Of a stretch of DNA of 64,000 bases, positions 58,301 through 64,000 are shown piece after piece. The DNA comes from Daphnia carinata (Eukaryota), in NCBI RefSeq assembly GCF_022539665.2, contig NC_081332.1, positions 5,518,001 to 5,582,000 of the forward strand, given 5' to 3'. The notes below the pieces were generated by a model. The model did not search any database. It was not told where the DNA came from and worked only from the letters and a program-made list of their open reading frames with translations. Position 1 is the stretch's first letter. Each line of letters begins with the position of its first letter. The translations under genes and the position numbers were made by a program.

Positions 58301-59735
58301 AATAACAGAAGGCACAAGTCAAAATGCCACGAAAGCCATTTTCCCTTGTCTCCGTATACTTAAAGACGCATCTATAAAATTCCGTTCGTAGAAAACGAAA
58401 TCAATTCTCTCGTGTTGTGTGTGACACGGACGACAATGCAATAGCGATCTCAGCAGAGTACGTACATTTTCTTTTTCTTATTATTATTTCTTTTTTATAA
58501 ATAGAATAAAACGAGACCAAAAAAAAAAGAGGGAGGAGAAGACAACACATAAATCAATAGATGGGGCAAGAAGAATGTAAGCACAAACAGGGGAAAAAAA
58601 AAAAAAAAGAACGACAGGCCCATACATCTTTATATTGATGTTTGCAGATCGGCGCCGACTGTTCGTGTTTTATCTCGATGTCGTTGCAATATATTGGGAG
58701 ACCGAGCGATACAGGTTCTTAGGCACGCCAATGCGCTATTGTTCCCGTTAAGAAGACGTGGGTTGCGACACGCTGGCAGACGGGCCTAACTGATTGGGGC
58801 TGCCGTTGCCTCTGTCTTAATTCTTTATTTCTTTATTACTATTATTTGTTTTTGGTTCTTTTCCGGCCGTTTCTTTGTCCATCAAAACGCAACAAAATCC
58901 CGAGCAACACATCTTTGTGTTGTCGCAATCCCCCCCCCCCCCCCCCCCCCCCCCCCCAACAGTTGGATGATGGCCGTGATTGCCCTTCGTTTATTGCCTG
59001 AGAGTTCGTCATTGGCCATCAGCACGAGAGCGCACTTGATTACCAACGAGAAATTAGACTACAAAACGTGAAATGCAATTTAGCCGTAGTTGCAAGCAAT
59101 CGAAAGGAGAGGGAACACATTCTTAATCATTACTACGTCGAGTTTACGTAGCCGTAAAATATAAAACGCATTTCCGCGCTGGAAGGGGAAGCTTGTTAAT
59201 TACTCGTCTGTTTGCTTATTCGTAGAATGTTGGCCTAATAAAGTACATTTTCCTTTCGTATCAACCGAAAACAAGGTAGACAGCGGATAGATCTATAGTG
59301 GCAGAGTGTATCCTCACACATAAAAAGTGGGGAGACCTCCCTCCCAAAAAAGAAAAAAAAACAATTGATATTAACTCGGTAAGAATCTAAGTAGCTCCTT
59401 CATTCGGGGCACGCGCGTTACACGCTCCGAATGCTACGTGCTGTGGCCCCTTGTTCTCTATAAAGATTCGTAAGGACGACAAAGCGAAAAAAACAAATAA
59501 AAAGAGACGTGCTAGTTATATATATATAAGCAAACGGAATTGGAGCGGAATCGATCGACAGACACACGCTTATTACGTCTTCCTCATATTACTCCTCTCT
59601 CTCTCTCTTTTTTTTTTTTTTTTTTTTTTCTTTCTCCTTTTGAAACTTTCTGTCGTCTAAAACTTGACTGGTAAGGCCCAAACGCACAAAACTAACTTTA
59701 CACAAAACGCATCCAATAAAGAAGTGAACAATAAA

Positions 59736-59767
<32 letters not shown>

Positions 59768-62700
59768 TCTAACCCCCCGCGCGATTCCCTTTTTTTTTTT
59801 TTTTTTGCTGTTTTCGCCCGTGTGCTTATAACCTGCGTTCTTTTAATGTACTATTCGTAAAGTCCTGTATTCTAACGCGTAGTTACACACCAGTTGTTAT
59901 GGCAGTGTGTTTCTAATCCGATAGCGCATAGTCCAATTTCTGTGTGTTCAATCGGCTTATTTAATTCCGCAACCACCCCCCATCTGGGCTATATATTTAT
60001 TGTACATGTAGGTTCGACGAGCATATAGAGCTCATTTCATTGCAAAAGTTTTACGCGCTCATTCGTTTCTGATTGCGCCTCAAGTTGATTATTAGGTCAC
60101 AGGGCGAGACTGTGAAAGTTCTCTTTTTTTTATTTTATGGACACACGCGAAATCAAAGTAGAGGGCTCTGATCCATTTAACGAGAAATCTCCTATGGGTC
60201 ATATACTAACCAATTTTTTTAAAAGCTTTTTTTTTTTTTTTTCTTTACTCGTGTGTGCGTGTATCCATTTCATCTATTTTTTTTTTTTTCTTCTTCTCAC
60301 TTCCGCCGCTATACTAAAAGTTTCTTTTCATGCAGCGTCTGTGAGATGCTGATGTTGACAGGCTCGGGAATAGCCGGGAAAATTGAAACCTAGAAGTGTG
60401 TGCACATGCACACAACGCCTTTCAAAGGTGAACAGCAACTCCAAAAAGGAGAAAAGAAAAAAGCAACTGGATCTTATTATATTTCCCCCCCGTCGAACTG
60501 TTGTACAGGAATACGAGAAAAACAACTTTGAAAAAAAAAAAAATAATAATAATAATAATATTGAATGTCTAGTACCGAGTCAGAATAGAATCAAACAAAA
60601 GTCTACACAAAACATCGACCGGCGTGTGCAAGTTCGAAATAAAAGGGTTGCGCACGTAACTTTGTCGTCGTCTCTCTTCACGGTCGGCAAAGGTTCACCG
60701 AATCGGAACTGACACCAAGTCGACAAGACGATGTCGACGACGATCGTAACACGCTACATAACAAGTATTTTTTACGTGCTTCGTGCCTTCCCTTCCCCCC
60801 CCTTCTCAAAAGAAAAAAATAATAAAACAACTAGCAGCAACGTAGGACGTTGCCTTCTCCGTTTCTTTTGCGTAGAGAGAGAGAGAGAGAGATAGGCTTT
60901 GAACAGGAGCTCCTCTTACACGTTCGTGCAACAACACTCGAAAAACTCTTTTGAAGAACGTCGTCGTATCCTTTTTTTTTTTTTTTTTTTTGTACAGCAA
61001 AAGATGGGGAGGGGGGGAGCTTTTTGTGTTTTGTTTTGTTCTGTTCTCTCCCTTATTATGCGAAACTCTTTCGGTTCGTGTAGAACGAGGGAGTGTCTTT
61101 AAATCAATTTCTGATTGGCTTGATCAATGTCTTATGATAATCAACGTCGGTATGTTTCCCCGTTTTCGACAATCGCCGGTTAAAAAAGTACGAATATTTT
61201 TATATTACGTGCACATCGTGTATGTTCTGCAATCATATTTGATTTTCGTTTTTCCTCTTCCTCTTATTCTTATATAAGCCGCACATGATTTTTTTTTTTT
61301 TTTTTTTTTGTTCATATCAAATGTTGGATATATTGGCATTCTCTTTCTACGTATACCCGTCCGCAATTTCCTTTTTTATTTTATTTCCCCTCGACCCATT
61401 TTTAATTAACGACAGAAAGAAACAGAGAATAAAGAAAAGACGAGGAGACAGAAGACAAAAAAACAAAAAAAAAAAATGGGAAGGGGGGGGGGCGATAAGA
61501 ACGAAAAACATAATAACACAGAGTTATCGGAACGTATGACGGGCAGAATACCTCCCCCTAAAAAAAAGGAAAAAAATCGGGCCGTCATCCATCAGAATCC
61601 CAGTTGCCCCACGCTGTGTGTGTGTGTGTAGGCGTTTTCTATGAGTTTAGCGGGCTGTGTACAGTTAACGTATGTTGCACAACCGCGTAACGAGAAAGGC
61701 GCAAGGAGCTGTATCGATCCGAACGAAATAAAACGGGCAATTTAGCAAGAAATTATTCATCAACTCGGAACAAGCTCATTAACGGCCAAACAACAATGGC
61801 GTCTCGCGAGTTATTGCACTGAATCATGACGCAATACGTCATCGGCAAGGTCCCGTTGTGCAATAAAAAAAAAAAGAAATAATTCGTCTACGACTGCACG
61901 CAAAGCCACTTCTAATAACAAACAGATCGCTATTCATTTGTTTTGCTGCTCTTTTCAATCGCCTCGTTCTCTATATACAATATCACAGACGACACAGTCG
62001 CTGGAGAGTACGTAAGTTCGCATCACCGGTGATTGCTTCAGGCAAACGAAAAGAAAGGGGGAGGGAAGGGGGGGGGGGGAGAGTCGGATGTTGCACGATA
62101 CCCGCTCGAATAGGCTCGACATCCGGCCGTCTGTAAAATTTTCTGTTTTAAAGCGGTTGGCCCATCTCGACGGATAGACGTTGAAAAATGTAATAGGAAA
62201 CGCAATTACGAGACGCATCCGAAATAGCAGCAAACAACGACGAAGTCCTTGCATGCGTTTCTAAAGGCATATGCCTTTCGTTTATGATCATTATAGTTAA
62301 TACTTTAGACGTGTATAGAACATCTGACGATGAGTTTGGGAACGGAAGTAGCGCTTTATACAGCCGGTCTAGCGTCGCAATTCAATAAAGGGAGTTTTGC
62401 TTGTGAGCGCACGCGAAGGGCCTTGATCTTGTCCGAGTTTATGGAAAGAACATGACAACGTACGCTAGATTTTATTTTTCTATTATTGTGTGTGTGTGTG
62501 TGTGTGTGTGTGTTCCACCCGATGGCGAGTACTTCGTGACATGTACGTGGAACAGCCGCTGCAATGATTGGATGGATGGGCACCTTCAGGCTCGGACCCT
62601 AAACTTTGCGGGATCGACGAGTCTCTGGAAAGCAAACGGGGTACAACACAGCCGCAATGTCTGACAATAGAAAAAAAAAACACAGCCAAAAAATTGGGGT

Positions 62701-64000
62701 AGGAGTTTGGACGTAATCAGATTGCGGATGGCGACTAACGAATCGACAGTGACAAGAAACTAACATTTGTGCTTTCGGTTGTCGAATTGAGACGAGCTTT
62801 CCACCCTATCGATCGCGCATCTATTCCCGTTGCGAAACGAACTTTTATTTTTTCACGATTTTTGTTCTTGTTCATCTCCACTTTGCCACTTGATCGATAC
62901 AGGGACCGATGCTACCACCTGTACTCGTATTTTTTTTTTTTTTTTTCCTTTTGAAAAATGCTATTTTAATTTGACTTCAGCGCTGAGATTGTACACGATG
63001 GAAATCAAGCAGCTGAGTGCTATTAAAAAACATACTCTGCAAATAGAGAAACGAACGAGAATTTTGTCCTGGATTTTAGAAATTAAAAGACCTCTGGTGC
63101 CCAGTTTCACCATTCAAGAGTTTTAGTGAAGAACTATTCAACGTTTTTTTTTTTCTTTAGCTCTCTATTCGTCTGTAAAAACGTTGAGAGAAAGTCTCCT
63201 TTTTTTTTGGCAGAGTGTGTAAATAATAAGCGAAGCACGAAAGATTTCGCAGACAAGGAAGACTCTCCCTCATTAGAGAAACCTGCTGCAACTGCAATAG
63301 GATTCTTTGATTTTTCTCGTCTCTCTCTTGTTTTGCTTGTTGTATCAACGAACAAAGAAGATAAGAACGAAAAAAAACAAAACAAGCAAAACAATAGGCG
63401 AAATCACGTTGTGCAAACGGAAAATCAGCCAACGAGTCGATACAAACAGTGGCTGACGGTAAATAAAAACAAAACAAAAGCAAGTCGTCAAATAATCCGC
63501 AAAATTGGAAGGAAACACAAAAGTTTGAGCTGCAGAAGCCAAAACTACGAGAAACATATAAAAACGAAAAGGCATCAAATCAAATCTTTTTTGTTTTGTT
63601 TTGTTTTGTTTGGTTATCAAAGTGAAAGTTGAACAAGCAACGATTGAACATGAAATTTCAAAAATAAGGCAATAGCTTCCGGCCGCCCTTGATGTCGTTT
63701 TTCATCCAACAAAGTATACAATAAGAGTTGTCCCGATTTGATTTTGCTGCGTGTTTTTCAACATCAAACTCACGGCTGTATGAAACATTCGACACCATTT
63801 CTTTCGGATCTTTCTCATATTTACTGTAGGACCCCGTTTCATTTTCTTGCCACATTTTCTTCTCATAATTTTTGTGGGGGCGTCTTCCGAAAGACGAAAG
63901 AAATGGCGTTCCTGGTGGCGATTTCTCGAAAACGTTGTAGGCACAGCGCAAAGCCGATTCCATTCGTCCACGTGAAAAATAAAGCTTTTCTCTGTCGTCT
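52320..64000 (-). other. Low-complexity non-coding DNA, probably the large 5' intron of the dpr gene
   Basis: No credible ORF; homopolymer and (CA)/(GA) microsatellite-rich. The dpr exon at 52319 begins in phase 1 and needs an upstream exon. Dpr genes typically have very long 5' introns. Confidence 0.55.

Noticed and set aside
59401..59433. Small hairpins in intronic DNA (59401-59433; also about 55213-55232 and 58968-59020)
   Set aside because: The stems are too short for pre-miRNA and are expected by chance.
58930..59756. Long poly-C runs (potential G-quadruplex on the minus strand)
   Set aside because: Homopolymer runs are common throughout this window, and their lengths are unreliable in assemblies.
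52400..64000. Numerous short ORFs and a search for the dpr signal-peptide exon
   Set aside because: The ORFs are low-complexity artefacts. I could not identify a supportable ATG plus hydrophobic leader plus phase-1 donor.

Overview
Eukaryotic, intron-rich invertebrate genomic DNA. The short 50-90 nt introns, compact gene packing and poly-T/poly-A-rich intergenic DNA suggest a Daphnia-like crustacean, which is an inference. The left 25 kb is gene-dense: 3' end of an NKCC/SLC12 cotransporter, a 2-TM orphan gene with two alternative last exons, a CNPase-like 2H phosphoesterase with a predicted signal peptide and hydrophobic C-tail, a MITE-like foldback element, RRS1, a C9orf72 homolog, asteroid/ASTE1, a class I PITP, a 4-TM protein, an SDR dehydrogenase and fem-1. 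Two complete tandem groucho/TLE paralogs follow (26.7-31.9 kb and 37.3-46.5 kb). The 3' part of a Dpr-family two-Ig gene lies on the minus strand, and the last ~12 kb is probably its long intron. The most striking signal is that the two groucho copies are deeply diverged over their N-terminal and central regions but share a ~1.08 kb WD40 tract that is nearly identical, including two base-for-base identical introns, interrupted by one paralog-specific loop. This fits domain-restricted gene conversion. All gene models were built by eye from splice signals and recalled family motifs; no database searches were run.
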